Assembly (NCBI GenBank): GCA_016432465.1
Contig: CP066690.1
Span: 57,233-121,232, forward strand
Reading direction: 5' to 3'
Source: Candidatus Sungiibacteriota bacterium
GTDB lineage: Bacteria > Patescibacteriota > Minisyncoccia > Sungbacterales > HO2-52-23
Length of the DNA: 64,000 nucleotides
The position numbers and the translations under genes are program-made. Below, piece by piece: positions 47,752 through 57,552 of this stretch (position 1 is its first letter; every line of letters begins with the position of its first letter). The notes under the pieces were generated by a model, which worked only from the letters and a program-made list of their open reading frames with translations, did no database searches and was not told where the DNA came from.

Positions 47752-48429
47752 TTACCCCCCACGATAACCGCAATACTCGCAGGTTTCATGAGCTTGCGGA
47801 ATGGGCCCCGTAACGATTTCGTGCACTTTTTTTAAAACCGACATACCGCGGCTCGGAGAAACATCCATCTTGATAAGTTCAGTTTTAAAATTTGCCATGC
47901 CCAAATTATAAGACTGCGGCCAGAAAAAAAGTAAGTAGCCGTATTCGGCCGGCTCCATCTGGTTTTTTTGAAAAAGCAGAGCGTAAAGGTCAAGCTGATG
48001 GCGATAGTGTTCGTGGGTATCTTCTTTGGTGGGATAGCCGCGAGTTTTGAAATCAAAAGGAATAAATCTGCCGTCGGGCGCAACCAGCAATTCGTCAATC
48101 GCGCCCGAAAGAAACATATTGTATTCCGGAATTTCCGCTTTTATTCCGCCTCTCCCGAAATTAAACTCCTGCCACTCGTGGAGTTTCTTTTTATCCTCAA
48201 AAAGTTTTCCCTCTACCTTGCCCTCAATCTCCGGAGGAAGTTCTCCGCGTGTCCGATACTCGTCAAAATATTTCTTAAAGATATTATCCATCCCGTCCGG
48301 AAGCGAGGGATATGCTCCGCGGGGACGCCTCAAATTTTCGTTAACGTGCAGCCAAAGACAACGCGGGCATTCCAGGAGATAACTTATGCCGGACGGCGAG
48401 ACTTTTATTTTACCGTTTTTATTTTCCAT
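47752..48429 (-). CDS. PD-(D/E)XK nuclease, Cas4/RecB-like with terminal Cys ligands
   Basis: N-terminal CPRC, motifs D(ELL)...DFK...QLDLY, C-terminal CEYCG. Confidence 0.6.
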   Translation of the reverse strand: MENKNGKIKVSPSGISYLLECPRCLWLHVNENLRRPRGAYPSLPDGMDNIFKKYFDEYRTRGELPPEIEGKVEGKLFEDKKKLHEWQEFNFGRGGIKAEIPEYNMFLSGAIDELLVAPDGRFIPFDFKTRGYPTKEDTHEHYRHQLDLYALLFQKNQMEPAEYGYLLFFWPQSYNLGMANFKTELIKMDVSPSRGMSVLKKVHEIVTGPIPQAHETCEYCGYRGG

Positions 48430-48610
48430 GACACCTTTTATATTTCTTTTACACTATTCGCCTATTCGCGCGAATTAGAGAAGAGTATCTGGTCTGCGTC
48501 ATGTGACACCTTTGTTACTTCTTGTCTACTCCGCATGGATAAACAGACTTGCTTTCCAAATATCTATATGCTATCTTGAATCCGGAACCTTTTGCCTTGA
48601 GGAGGATCAC

Positions 48611-48724
48611 ATGAAAGGATTTCTACTGAAGGTCCGGGCTATCTTTGTCTGCGTTTTTACCCATTCGCTTTGTGAATCATGCCAGATTTCAGAATCAGGT
48701 GAGATTCTTTGCCATAAAGGCTAA
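48611..48724 (+). CDS. small Cys-rich peptide ORF (37 aa)
   Basis: RBS gaggagg 5 nt before ATG; MKGFLLKVRAIFVCVFTHSLCESCQISESGEILCHKG. Confidence 0.2.
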   Translation: MKGFLLKVRAIFVCVFTHSLCESCQISESGEILCHKG

Positions 48725-48820
48725 CTCCTCACGCATCGCCCGACTCCAACCGAGTTCGGGCATTTTTCTTTCTCCTACGCCCCATAACACTTTTTTCACT
48801 TCTTGCCGCAATTGCGGGGA

Positions 48821-49234
48821 TTAAACAATACTTTTGATTTCTCTTAAAATCTCCGGTGGTATCGGGTCCCGCTTCGGACTTTTTCCCGGATAGCGCCATG
48901 CCGTGATAATTTTTATTTTCTTAATGCTGCCAGCGAGCGGATGGGCGGTCGAGCCCCGCCCTTTGTTCCGCGAACTGAAGGCGAGGTTCCCTTTGTGAGC
49001 GGCAAAGGGCGGGGCGAGGGAACCGCCCTCGCGAGTCAAAATGTACATCGTCCATATCTCGGAATACTTTTTCCCTCCGGCAGGAGCCATCACGGCAATG
49101 GCATTTTCTAAAATCCCCTCCTCCGTTCGCGCCGGGTAACGGATTATCCTTTTGATGCGGGACTCGCTCAGACGATACTGACGCAGCTTTATACGGGAAT
49201 GGCTGGTCCAAATATATTTTCCGTCCTGCTCCAT
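48821..49234 (-). CDS. hypothetical protein (contains GC-rich hairpin insert)
   Basis: 137-aa ORF; central ~100 nt is GC-rich with 13-bp inverted repeat. Confidence 0.35.
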   Translation of the reverse strand: MEQDGKYIWTSHSRIKLRQYRLSESRIKRIIRYPARTEEGILENAIAVMAPAGGKKYSEIWTMYILTREGGSLAPPFAAHKGNLAFSSRNKGRGSTAHPLAGSIKKIKIITAWRYPGKSPKRDPIPPEILREIKSIV

Positions 49235-49307
49235 TTATACAATATAGACCTATACGCTTGAAGATAAAAGGCGGGCTAGCGGCCCGCCTTTTATCTTCTT
49301 CAAAAAG

Positions 49308-49550
49308 TTATTGATTTAATTCTTTATCTATGTCGCCCAATTCCGAATCCAAACCCTCCAATGAAACCCCCTGTAACTCCTCTTCAATAGCGGCCGTTGT
49401 GTCAGATTCCTCGCTTGGCGCTGAAGCGGGCGTTGAAATTAGATAGTAGGCCAAACCAAGCACCACAAGCGCTACCGCCCCCACGATAATCCAAAGCCAG
49501 ACTTTTTTGCTTCCGGCTGACGCAGTTTGAAATTGTGTTGTTCCGTTCAT
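49308..49550 (-). CDS. small membrane protein
   Basis: 80 aa, one TM helix, acidic C-terminus. Confidence 0.4.
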   Translation of the reverse strand: MNGTTQFQTASAGSKKVWLWIIVGAVALVVLGLAYYLISTPASAPSEESDTTAAIEEELQGVSLEGLDSELGDIDKELNQ

Positions 49551-49574
49551 TTTTTTTAATTAGCGGTCAATTAC

Positions 49575-50417
49575 TTATTGCGTAGGCCCTGCGGCAGGAG
49601 CTGTCGGTGTCACAGCCGCTGGCGCCGGTTTTTCCTCCCCTAGACCTTTGACGGAATTCACCACGTCCACGAGAGCCGCATGAGCCTCTTTTACTTTTTT
49701 AGCAACACCCTCCACAACTTCACGCACTTTGGCAAAAGCGACCTTGAAGTCTGGGTCTTTTACCGCCTCCGCGTATTTGGCGCGGGCATCCTGCAGAGCG
49801 GTCCGCGCTTCGTCAATCTTGGTTCGCGCAGTCGCAAGTTTCTCGCGCAATGCCGCCACATCTTTACCGCGTTCAGCCGCCTTATTAAGGCGTTCCTCAA
49901 TCCGGCCAGCAAGTTTATCCAGACGCTCAATGGCCGCCTCAAACTTATCAACCATTTTCTTAAAGAATTGTTCAATGCGCTCGGCCCTTTTATCTCCCAG
50001 CTTTTTCTTGAGTTCCTCCCGCCGCGCTTTAGCCTCTTCTTCAAAAGATTTACGTTTTTCCTGAAGTTCCTTATGGAGCGTTTCGCGTTTGGCCTTGACT
50101 TCGTCACGTACCGCATCGCGTTTTTCTTTAATCTCGCCCCTAACAGCTTCCCGTTTTTCTTTTAACTCTCCCTTAACAGCCTCTCGCTTGTCTTTAATCT
50201 CCTGTTTTACTGTCTCCCGCTTCTCCTTAACTTCCTGCTTTACAGCCTCTCTTTTCTCTTTAACCCCCTGCTTAAGCTGGTCTCGTTTCTGCTGAAGTTC
50301 CTGCTTCACTGTCTCGCGTTTTTCTTTAAGACCTTCATGAAAAGCGGCCAAAGCAGCCACCGGAAGAAGCTGAAACATTAGGCTTGAACCTATAATAAAA
50401 GATAATGTTTTTCGCAT
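49575..50417 (-). CDS. secreted coiled-coil protein with 11-residue KEKREAVKQEV-type tandem repeats
   Basis: signal peptide, ~9 tandem 33-nt repeats. Confidence 0.6.
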   Translation of the reverse strand: MRKTLSFIIGSSLMFQLLPVAALAAFHEGLKEKRETVKQELQQKRDQLKQGVKEKREAVKQEVKEKRETVKQEIKDKREAVKGELKEKREAVRGEIKEKRDAVRDEVKAKRETLHKELQEKRKSFEEEAKARREELKKKLGDKRAERIEQFFKKMVDKFEAAIERLDKLAGRIEERLNKAAERGKDVAALREKLATARTKIDEARTALQDARAKYAEAVKDPDFKVAFAKVREVVEGVAKKVKEAHAALVDVVNSVKGLGEEKPAPAAVTPTAPAAGPTQ

Positions 50418-50504
50418 AAATTTTTACTTAAAAATATCTCTTATCTGCGCCCTTTTATATAAGTATAAGGTAAAGACGTATAGGATTCAATCTCGTTATC
50501 CACA

Positions 50505-51545
50505 TCAAACTTTAATAATTTCTTCCCAAGGAAGATCCGGCTTTCCAAAATGTCCGTAAGCCGCGGTCTTTCTATATATAGGACGGCGCAGACCCAACCT
50601 CTCAATAATGGCCTTGGGACGGAAGTCAAATCTCTGCCGTACCCATGACCCCAAATCCTTGCCACTACCGGTTTCAGCATGCACCATAAGAGGTTCTGCC
50701 CGTCCAATAGCATAAGCTACAGACACCAGGCAATCTTTTCCAAGGCCGTTGGCCACAATGTTTTTCGCCACAAAACGCGCCATATAAGCGGCGGAACGGT
50801 CAACTTTGGTTGGATCTTTGCCGGACCAGGCGCCTCCGCCATGGGGCACCAGACCTCCATAACTATCCACCATAAGCTTGCGTCCCGTAAGACCCGTATC
50901 TGCGGTAAAACCGCCCACGGTAAATTTTCCAGTGGGATTTACCAATATTTCTACTCCGTCTAAATCCCCTAAAACAGGCCCTATTAACTTTTTAGTAAGC
51001 GCGTCCTTAATCTCTCCCTGCGCAATAGAATCTTCGTGCTGGCAGGATACAAGAACCGCACTTATGCGACCATCCTGCATAGTGACTTGTGACTTACCGT
51101 CCGGCCCAAGCCAAAAACATTCCGGATCGTTCCTGCGCAGCTCTTCAAGACCCTTGGTCAGCTTGTGGACAAGAGACACGGCACAAGGTAAAAACTCCGG
51201 GGTTTCGTCTGTAGCATACCCGTACATAATCCCCTGATCCCCGGCTCCACCCGTATCCACTCCTTGAGCAATATCAGGAGACTGCTGAATAATATTAGTA
51301 ATAATATTAAGGATATCTTTGTACCCAATATCGCCGTAAAGAGTCTGGGCAAGTTTGGCGGCCTCAACCTTGCCTTGAGAGGTGACCTCCCCGCCGACCA
51401 CCAAAAGGCCATGAGATCCAAAAGTCTCCATGGCCACGCGTGAATATGGATCCTGCGCAATATAGGCGTCTAAAATCGCGTCTGAAACCTGATCGCAAAT
51501 TTTATCGGGGTGACCGGAAGTTACGCTCTCTACGGTGTAGGTTGT
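50505..51545 (-). CDS. metK: S-adenosylmethionine synthetase
   Basis: ESVTSGHPDKICDQVSDAILD and downstream MetK motifs; track start 51659 lies inside riboswitch, Met at 51545 preferred. Confidence 0.85.
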   Translation of the reverse strand, partial: TTYTVESVTSGHPDKICDQVSDAILDAYIAQDPYSRVAMETFGSHGLLVVGGEVTSQGKVEAAKLAQTLYGDIGYKDILNIITNIIQQSPDIAQGVDTGGAGDQGIMYGYATDETPEFLPCAVSLVHKLTKGLEELRRNDPECFWLGPDGKSQVTMQDGRISAVLVSCQHEDSIAQGEIKDALTKKLIGPVLGDLDGVEILVNPTGKFTVGGFTADTGLTGRKLMVDSYGGLVPHGGGAWSGKDPTKVDRSAAYMARFVAKNIVANGLGKDCLVSVAYAIGRAEPLMVHAETGSGKDLGSWVRQRFDFRPKAIIERLGLRRPIYRKTAAYGHFGKPDLPWEEIIKV

Positions 51546-51548
51546 TTT

Positions 51549-51940
51549 TGGCATAACGATATAAAAAATCCCTTCGCAAAAAGGGCTAGATAAAAATTTA
51601 TCTTCCCCATCTTGCTTAGTGGGCCGGACTTGGCACCCAGCTCTTTGATGATACGGCATAAACTACGTTACACCACTGAACGTCATCAAAGGTACACACC
51701 CTTTGTCGTCCATAAATCCCCCCACCTTCCCAGAATACCCCGCAACTTAGGAAGTCAGACTTCCCTTGCTGCGAGGATGAATGGGTGTCGTAGAAATCCT
51801 TCCCGCGGGGTCCACTACCCCGCCGGGAAGGTGGGGGGATAAACTCAAAAGGGTTGGGTTGTCGGCGGGTTAAAGGGCCGGTTCCCTCGCCCTCTGTAAT
51901 CCCGTTGAAAACGGGACGAAGCAGGGCTTACCGCACTCTT
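51549..51940 (-). promoter_or_regulatory. SAM-I (S-box) riboswitch with long P3 insertion and terminator
   Basis: minus-strand TTTATCAAGAGTGCGG...GAGGGAACCGGCCCTTTAACCCGCCGACAACC...GGTGCCAAGTCCGGCC...GAAGATAAA then hairpin cccttt-tgcg-aaggg + U-run immediately before metK. Confidence 0.55.
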
Positions 51941-52050
51941 GATAAATCAAAGCTATTTAATTTTATCTTACTATAAATTAAAACTTATACTCTGCAAGAA
52001 AGGTTATCCACAATAATATCAAAAAGGGTTCGCAGAAGCGAACCGCAATT

Positions 52051-52974
52051 TTAGACCAGATAGCGCTCAATGTAACCGCTGACAAAACTGATATACTCTG
52101 CAATAGTTTCTTTTTCTTTTCCTTCCTCTCCGCGCGCCGCCTGTAAAGTAAAACTCCCTCTATATCCTATTTCACCCAGTCCCCGGAACAGCCGCTCAAA
52201 ATTTGCATGCCCGCCTCCCAAAGGAACTGTTCCTCCGCCCAAAATCCTATCTTTGATATGAACATTAGAGATGTATTCTCCCAATACAGTAATTTCTTCA
52301 TAGCTATCATACCCCAAAGAAGCACTATTGCCGCTGTCGTAGGTCAACGCCAGCGCCGGATGGCTAATCGTCTCCACCAAAGCCAGCAGTTTACGGGGTG
52401 GTAAATCCGTTTCCAAACTCAATTGAACTTCGGATTGATGGGCAAAATCAAGACCAGTGCGGAGAAAATCAATGAATTTTTTTTCATCCGCCTCCGTTCT
52501 CAAGGAGGACTTTTCCAAAAGAGGAATTTCAACGCTGCTTGCACCGATTTCTAAAGCCGCCTGTATCAATTCTCTCAACACCTTTTCATTTTCTTTTCTC
52601 TGTGCCCTGTCTCCAACAAAAGGCGTCTGTCTCATGAAAAAATCGGCACAAATGTGACGCACCAATACATTGTGTTCACCAATCAATTCCCTTATGCGCG
52701 CTCTGCCCTCGGAACTCATCAGCGGATTCTCCGCAGAACGCTCCAGGTCAAAAATAAACTCAATAGCGTCAAGTCCTAACTTGGCGGCAAGGCCAAACTC
52801 TTTTTCCCACTCCTCAAACGGGAAAAACTGAATCCCGCGTCCCCGCGATGGAATCAAACGACCCTGCATAACACCCAGCTTAAGTTCCAGCCGCCGGGAA
52901 CCACTTACCAGCATGTTCTCCCTCCATCCATGATAAGATTGGCCCCTGTCATGTAAGAGGAGGCATCGGAGCAA
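52051..52974 (-). CDS. sugar phosphate isomerase/epimerase (xylose isomerase-like TIM barrel)
   Basis: TIM-barrel AP-endonuclease-2 family pattern; true start probably at MQGRLIPS (overlap with upstream gene otherwise 70 nt). Confidence 0.65.
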   Translation of the reverse strand: MLRCLLLHDRGQSYHGWRENMLVSGSRRLELKLGVMQGRLIPSRGRGIQFFPFEEWEKEFGLAAKLGLDAIEFIFDLERSAENPLMSSEGRARIRELIGEHNVLVRHICADFFMRQTPFVGDRAQRKENEKVLRELIQAALEIGASSVEIPLLEKSSLRTEADEKKFIDFLRTGLDFAHQSEVQLSLETDLPPRKLLALVETISHPALALTYDSGNSASLGYDSYEEITVLGEYISNVHIKDRILGGGTVPLGGGHANFERLFRGLGEIGYRGSFTLQAARGEEGKEKETIAEYISFVSGYIERYLV

Positions 52975-53735
52975 AGAAACAAAATTGCGGCCTGATACTC
53001 ATTAACGTTAGCCATCCTTCCCATAGGAATCAAGCTGACGAGACGCTTCACAAAATCCTCCGGCATACCTTCCTTGTAAACCCCGCCGGGAGAAATCGCA
53101 TTTACTCTTACTCCGCGGTCTGCCCAGTAAGTCGCAAGGTACTTGGTAAGTCCCAAAAGAGCGTGTTTAGTTACGGAATAGGTCACGGGCTTTACGGGCT
53201 GCTGATTTTCAGATAATCCCTGTTCCCTATAAATTCTTTGGTCAGGCGCAATAACGCCCAAATCCGATAAAACGTTCACAATAACACCCCTCCCCAATTC
53301 AGCCATGCGCGAGCCAAGGATCCTGCTCATTAAAAAAGCTCCGGTCACGCCCACAGCAAAATCATCATTCCACTGCTCCAGTGACAAATTCTCAAGTCTT
53401 GTAAGACTTTGTTTACCTTTTTCAACCTGCGGGTTATTGGCGACATTATTTATTAGAATACTGACTTCGCCAACGTCTTCCCTGATTTTCTGATGAACCA
53501 CGTGAATGAGCGGTTCTCTGGTAATATCCAGACAGTAGCACCACACGCTGCTTTGGCCATATTTACTGCGCAACTCATCGGTTTTAACAACAAGGCGCAC
53601 CATATGGTTGTCACAAAGTACAACCCTTCCGCCGCCTTCCAAAATTGCCTCGGCGTGCTTCCCGCCGAGAAACCCCGCCCCGCCGGTAATAACAGCAACA
53701 GCGCCATCAAGACTAAACTTTTTCCAAACGCTCAT
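52905..53735 (-). CDS. SDR-family oxidoreductase
   Basis: TGGAGFLG cofactor motif and YSVTK (YxxxK) catalytic motif. Confidence 0.75.
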   Translation of the reverse strand: MSVWKKFSLDGAVAVITGGAGFLGGKHAEAILEGGGRVVLCDNHMVRLVVKTDELRSKYGQSSVWCYCLDITREPLIHVVHQKIREDVGEVSILINNVANNPQVEKGKQSLTRLENLSLEQWNDDFAVGVTGAFLMSRILGSRMAELGRGVIVNVLSDLGVIAPDQRIYREQGLSENQQPVKPVTYSVTKHALLGLTKYLATYWADRGVRVNAISPGGVYKEGMPEDFVKRLVSLIPMGRMANVNEYQAAILFLCSDASSYMTGANLIMDGGRTCW

Positions 53736-53927
53736 CTTGTCTTACTCCTGTCTAAAATTTGCCTCAAAGAAACTGGTTTAAGTTATAGCAAAAATTTCTA
53801 AATCAGTCAAGTTTTTGAAATGGAAACGCCGCACGGAATGAACACGTGCGGCGTTTGACTACCTGTGTAGGCGGACGAACGGAAGGATCCAAGGACCCCT
53901 GACTTCAGGGCCCGAAGACCCGAGAAC

Positions 53928-54587
53928 CTACTTGGACTTGCGGACGAAGCCGAACCAGTAGCCATCGCTGAACTCGTCGTCGAGCCAGAGGTGGCCGGCC
54001 CCGCGCTCCGACCTATCGAACCAGACATCGGTGACGTTCGGCCTGCCCTGGAAGGAACACTCCTTGAGCGAGATCACGCCCATCGGGTCCATGCCGAGGT
54101 CCTTCGGCAGGTTCGGGCAGTGCTCGCCGATGGCGAATCCAGTGCGTGGGGTGATCGGGACGAGCTTCTGGGACTTGCCCCACAGAGCGGCGGCCCTGCC
54201 ATTCATGTACTTGCCGAAGTTGACCAGAAGGACCTTTTTCAGGCCCGACCCCGTTTTGCTCGGCGGGTACTGGTCACCCATCCTCCAGATGTCCCAACCC
54301 TTGTCGGTATTGGGACCGGCGGCCTTGACCGCCTTGATCCAGTCACGGGACTCGTTGACCGGAACCGCAACGACGTGAATCCGACCGCTCTCCGGGATTT
54401 CAATCCCGTCGGTGGTCACAACCACGACGCTGCCCAGGTTCAGCAGATACCGCGTGAACTCCTCCCCGATGTTGGGGTTCTCGATGATCGCCTGCGCAAC
54501 CCCCGAGGAGACACGAGACCAGTCGGCCTTCGTCCCCAATTTCGCCATGACTTCGTGAGACTGCTTCAGGCTGACCATATTTTCCAT
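53928..54587 (-). CDS. hypothetical protein in ~62% GC island (likely horizontally acquired)
   Basis: 219-aa ORF; GC far above flanks; hairpin aacgccgcacg...cgtgcggcgtt downstream. Confidence 0.55.
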   Translation of the reverse strand: MENMVSLKQSHEVMAKLGTKADWSRVSSGVAQAIIENPNIGEEFTRYLLNLGSVVVVTTDGIEIPESGRIHVVAVPVNESRDWIKAVKAAGPNTDKGWDIWRMGDQYPPSKTGSGLKKVLLVNFGKYMNGRAAALWGKSQKLVPITPRTGFAIGEHCPNLPKDLGMDPMGVISLKECSFQGRPNVTDVWFDRSERGAGHLWLDDEFSDGYWFGFVRKSK

Positions 54588-54800
54588 GGCTTACCGTCCT
54601 TTCGTTTGGTTGCGGCTCATCCCTTACCTCGCACCATGCGAGGAATCAGGACTGACCATTTGATGCTATTACAATTATAGCATAGGTTATACTTTTTTGC
54701 AAGGAAAATCACATTTTGTCAACTTGACCTCAAATCCTAGATATGCTACTAATGTTTTGACGCCCAATGTCGGGCTCATTCAAAAAACAAGGGGGTTTGT

Positions 54801-55665
54801 ATGGAGTGGGTGTCTCTATGGCTGGTGGTGGCGGTATTTGTTGTGTTTGCCACCTCGTGGAGATTTTCTCATTCGTTCTGGACCGCCATATTTTTAGGTG
54901 GAGTAACAGTGGGGATAGGACTGCTCTTCTCCAAAATTTTCCCTGTACTTTCCGTGCGCGGCCATCGTTGTCTTATCTCTTATAGAGCATGAGCGCACGG
55001 TCAGCGCCGCGTTTTCCGTTATAGCCGCCCTTCTCCTGCTCCAGTTCTTCGGCGACATTAAAATATTTGGTTATATATCCGCGCACCCGTGGTGGTCGCT
55101 CTTTTACGCATTTTTATACTTTCTCGTCGGCGCTCTTTACTCTCTCATCAAATGGTTTCTTTTTGCGCACGACGAGAGGGAAAAAACAGAAAAACTGACA
55201 GAAGAGTTTCTGAAAACAAAGGGTATTAAGGGAACTGTGGTACCGGATGATCTTAAATACGAATGGTATTTCTTTGTTAGGCGAGGGACGCCCGGATCCT
55301 CTAAAAATTATGGATACGAAGATCACCCTACCACCAAATTTCTTAGAGAAAGAGGAATAAGCGGAAATGTCATTCCGGCCGGAATGGAGGGTGAGTACAA
55401 GACTTACGCAGAGGAATTTTACAAATCCAGATATGAAAGGGTGGAAAAACCAACTTTTGCGCCAAGTTACAAAGAACACAAGAAAGAAATAATCCTCTGG
55501 ATTGCACATTGGCCCTGGAGCCTTGCGTGGACACTGATTGACGATCCTATCAAACGGCTTCTTAAGTTCATCTACCGCAAACTTGCCCGCGCCTACGAAG
55601 AAATCGCACGCTACGCCTTCCGGGACGTAGACAAAAAACTTCCCCCCACCACCAAGATACAGTAG
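54801..55665 (+). pseudogene. membrane protein gene split by +1 frameshift (track ORFs 54801..54992 and 55237..55665)
   Basis: second frame open and hydrophobic from ~54919 with no canonical start until 55237; frames switch near ccaaaattttccc tract. Confidence 0.35.
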
Positions 55666-55804
55666 AGTCTAACAACCAAAACCGCGCTTTTCGGCGCGGT
55701 TTTAAATTATATTTCCGTTCTGCAGTGCCCTGAAATTGACACGGTCACTAATTCTGATATATCTTAATTGCTAGACACCGACCTTTGAAAAAGAGAGAAA
55801 AACG

Positions 55805-57520
55805 ATGTCCATTCCGGTAAGGGGTTTTCGCCCCAGACACCCGGCGGATGTGGTGGGCGACATACAACCTAATGAATTTCGCGGTCTTAAAGTTACTTTT
55901 GTTAATATGCCCCTGCGCGAAACAGCCAAACCCCATGTACCTCCGGAAGGGCCGCTGATTCTGGCCGCCATATTACGTCTTTACGGAGCTATCCCCACGA
56001 TTATAGATCTTAACGCCTATAGAATCTGCGACGAAGAAGCCGGCCGACAAGGACTTGTTAACGGCCGGCACCTCACTTTTGAAGAAGCAGAAGATTTGCT
56101 GCGGCTTCATTTTAACCAACAGGGTGAGCAGGACATTGTGGCTTTTTCCGGAATGATAACGACTTTGCGCTGGCAGGAAAAAGTGGCCAAAATGATTCGC
56201 AGACTCCAACCGGATTGTTTTCTGGTTACCGGCAACGGCCTTGCTACAGAACTTAAAGCCGGACTTTTTAACTGGATGCCCGAACTTGACGCTATAGCCC
56301 ATTCAGAGGGCGATGATGTAATGATTGTTATGGCCCGGGATGTTAAAAGAATAAAAGAATTGGGGATGGAGAGGGCGGCGCGCTCGGGTAACTTGAGTCC
56401 TTACTATACGGGAGAAATGGGTGGCCGGCACCGATTTCTTTATGCCGGAGACAGACCCAAAAACCTTGATGCTGTTCCTTTTGGAGCGCTTGATCTTTTG
56501 GAATCCGATCCTTACGGCCGAAATTTGCTGGAAATATATATTACGAATCCGGTGTGGGGACTGGCAGCCAACAACAGTTCCGCCACCGCCTTTACCATGG
56601 AGCGAAGCTTAACCACAGTAAGTTCCCGCGGATGCCCTTATGCCTGCGCTTTCTGCTATCGCGGCGCGCAGGGTGAAAGAAACTATGGCATGCGCTCGGT
56701 CAATCATATAGCGCGCCAAATCCGTGAGTTTATGGACCGCTATAACATTGACTTTGTTGGTTTTCCGGATGACAATTTTGCCATTTCCAAACCGCGCTGT
56801 GCCGATTTCCCCCGTGTTTTTGCTGAATACGGCATCCGCATCCGTTGGGGCACGCACACGCGACTGGATGAAGCGGATCAGCGTATTATTCCTATGAGCG
56901 AATCGGGCTGTATCTATATTGGTTTTGGGGCAGAATCAGCGTCCGCGCATGTTCTGGGGCTAATGAACAAAGGCGGATTTATTCTGAAAAACGGCTTGAC
57001 GCCCATGCGGGTTCGCGGAAGAGAGTGGCAATTCCCTACTACCATGATAAATGGCATCCGCAACTGCCGCGATGTAGGGATTCACGCCAACTGCACTTGG
57101 ATCATGGCTTATCCCGGTGAGACGCTGGAAGATCTTAAAACCAGCGTTGCCTTTATTCTTTGGCAAGAAGAGCTGATGACCGAAGGACTTATACCCGGCA
57201 CACCGGAATACGAAATGGCCAAAGCAACCGTAAACCGCAAAATGTTTACGGCCACTTCCTACCCCGGAACAGCCATGTTTAGTGATCCTGCGGCGCGCGC
57301 TTTGCTCTCGCAAAACTTCGGAGTTTCTTTTGACGCTTCGGGAGAACCCATCTGTGACGAAGCATTCCACCATTATGTTGTGGAGCTTGATGATGCCACT
57401 AAGGTTTTGCATAATAAAGACGGCGAGCCCCTGAACTTTGGCGCGATGCCCATGGATCAATTTTTGGAAGCACGGGAATATGTTGATCGCGGAGAGATTG
57501 AAAGAATTCTAGAAATGTGA
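55805..57520 (+). CDS. B12-binding-domain radical SAM protein
   Basis: CPYACAFC (CxxxCxxC) rSAM motif after N-terminal B12-binding-like domain. Confidence 0.65.
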   Translation: MSIPVRGFRPRHPADVVGDIQPNEFRGLKVTFVNMPLRETAKPHVPPEGPLILAAILRLYGAIPTIIDLNAYRICDEEAGRQGLVNGRHLTFEEAEDLLRLHFNQQGEQDIVAFSGMITTLRWQEKVAKMIRRLQPDCFLVTGNGLATELKAGLFNWMPELDAIAHSEGDDVMIVMARDVKRIKELGMERAARSGNLSPYYTGEMGGRHRFLYAGDRPKNLDAVPFGALDLLESDPYGRNLLEIYITNPVWGLAANNSSATAFTMERSLTTVSSRGCPYACAFCYRGAQGERNYGMRSVNHIARQIREFMDRYNIDFVGFPDDNFAISKPRCADFPRVFAEYGIRIRWGTHTRLDEADQRIIPMSESGCIYIGFGAESASAHVLGLMNKGGFILKNGLTPMRVRGREWQFPTTMINGIRNCRDVGIHANCTWIMAYPGETLEDLKTSVAFILWQEELMTEGLIPGTPEYEMAKATVNRKMFTATSYPGTAMFSDPAARALLSQNFGVSFDASGEPICDEAFHHYVVELDDATKVLHNKDGEPLNFGAMPMDQFLEAREYVDRGEIERILEM

Positions 57521-57552
57521 TTTAAAAATTTAAACACCCCACGTACAATTAC

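Noticed and set aside
50505-51659. Longer metK start at 51659 with 38-aa N-terminal extension
   Set aside because: Extension overlaps the riboswitch terminator hairpin and lacks homology; MetK conservation begins at the Met at 51545
53807-54680. ORFs 53807..54028, 53991..54680, 54031..54378
   Set aside because: Alternative frames within or overlapping the 62% GC island; high GC suppresses stops, and frame 53928..54587 is the only one with start context and full length
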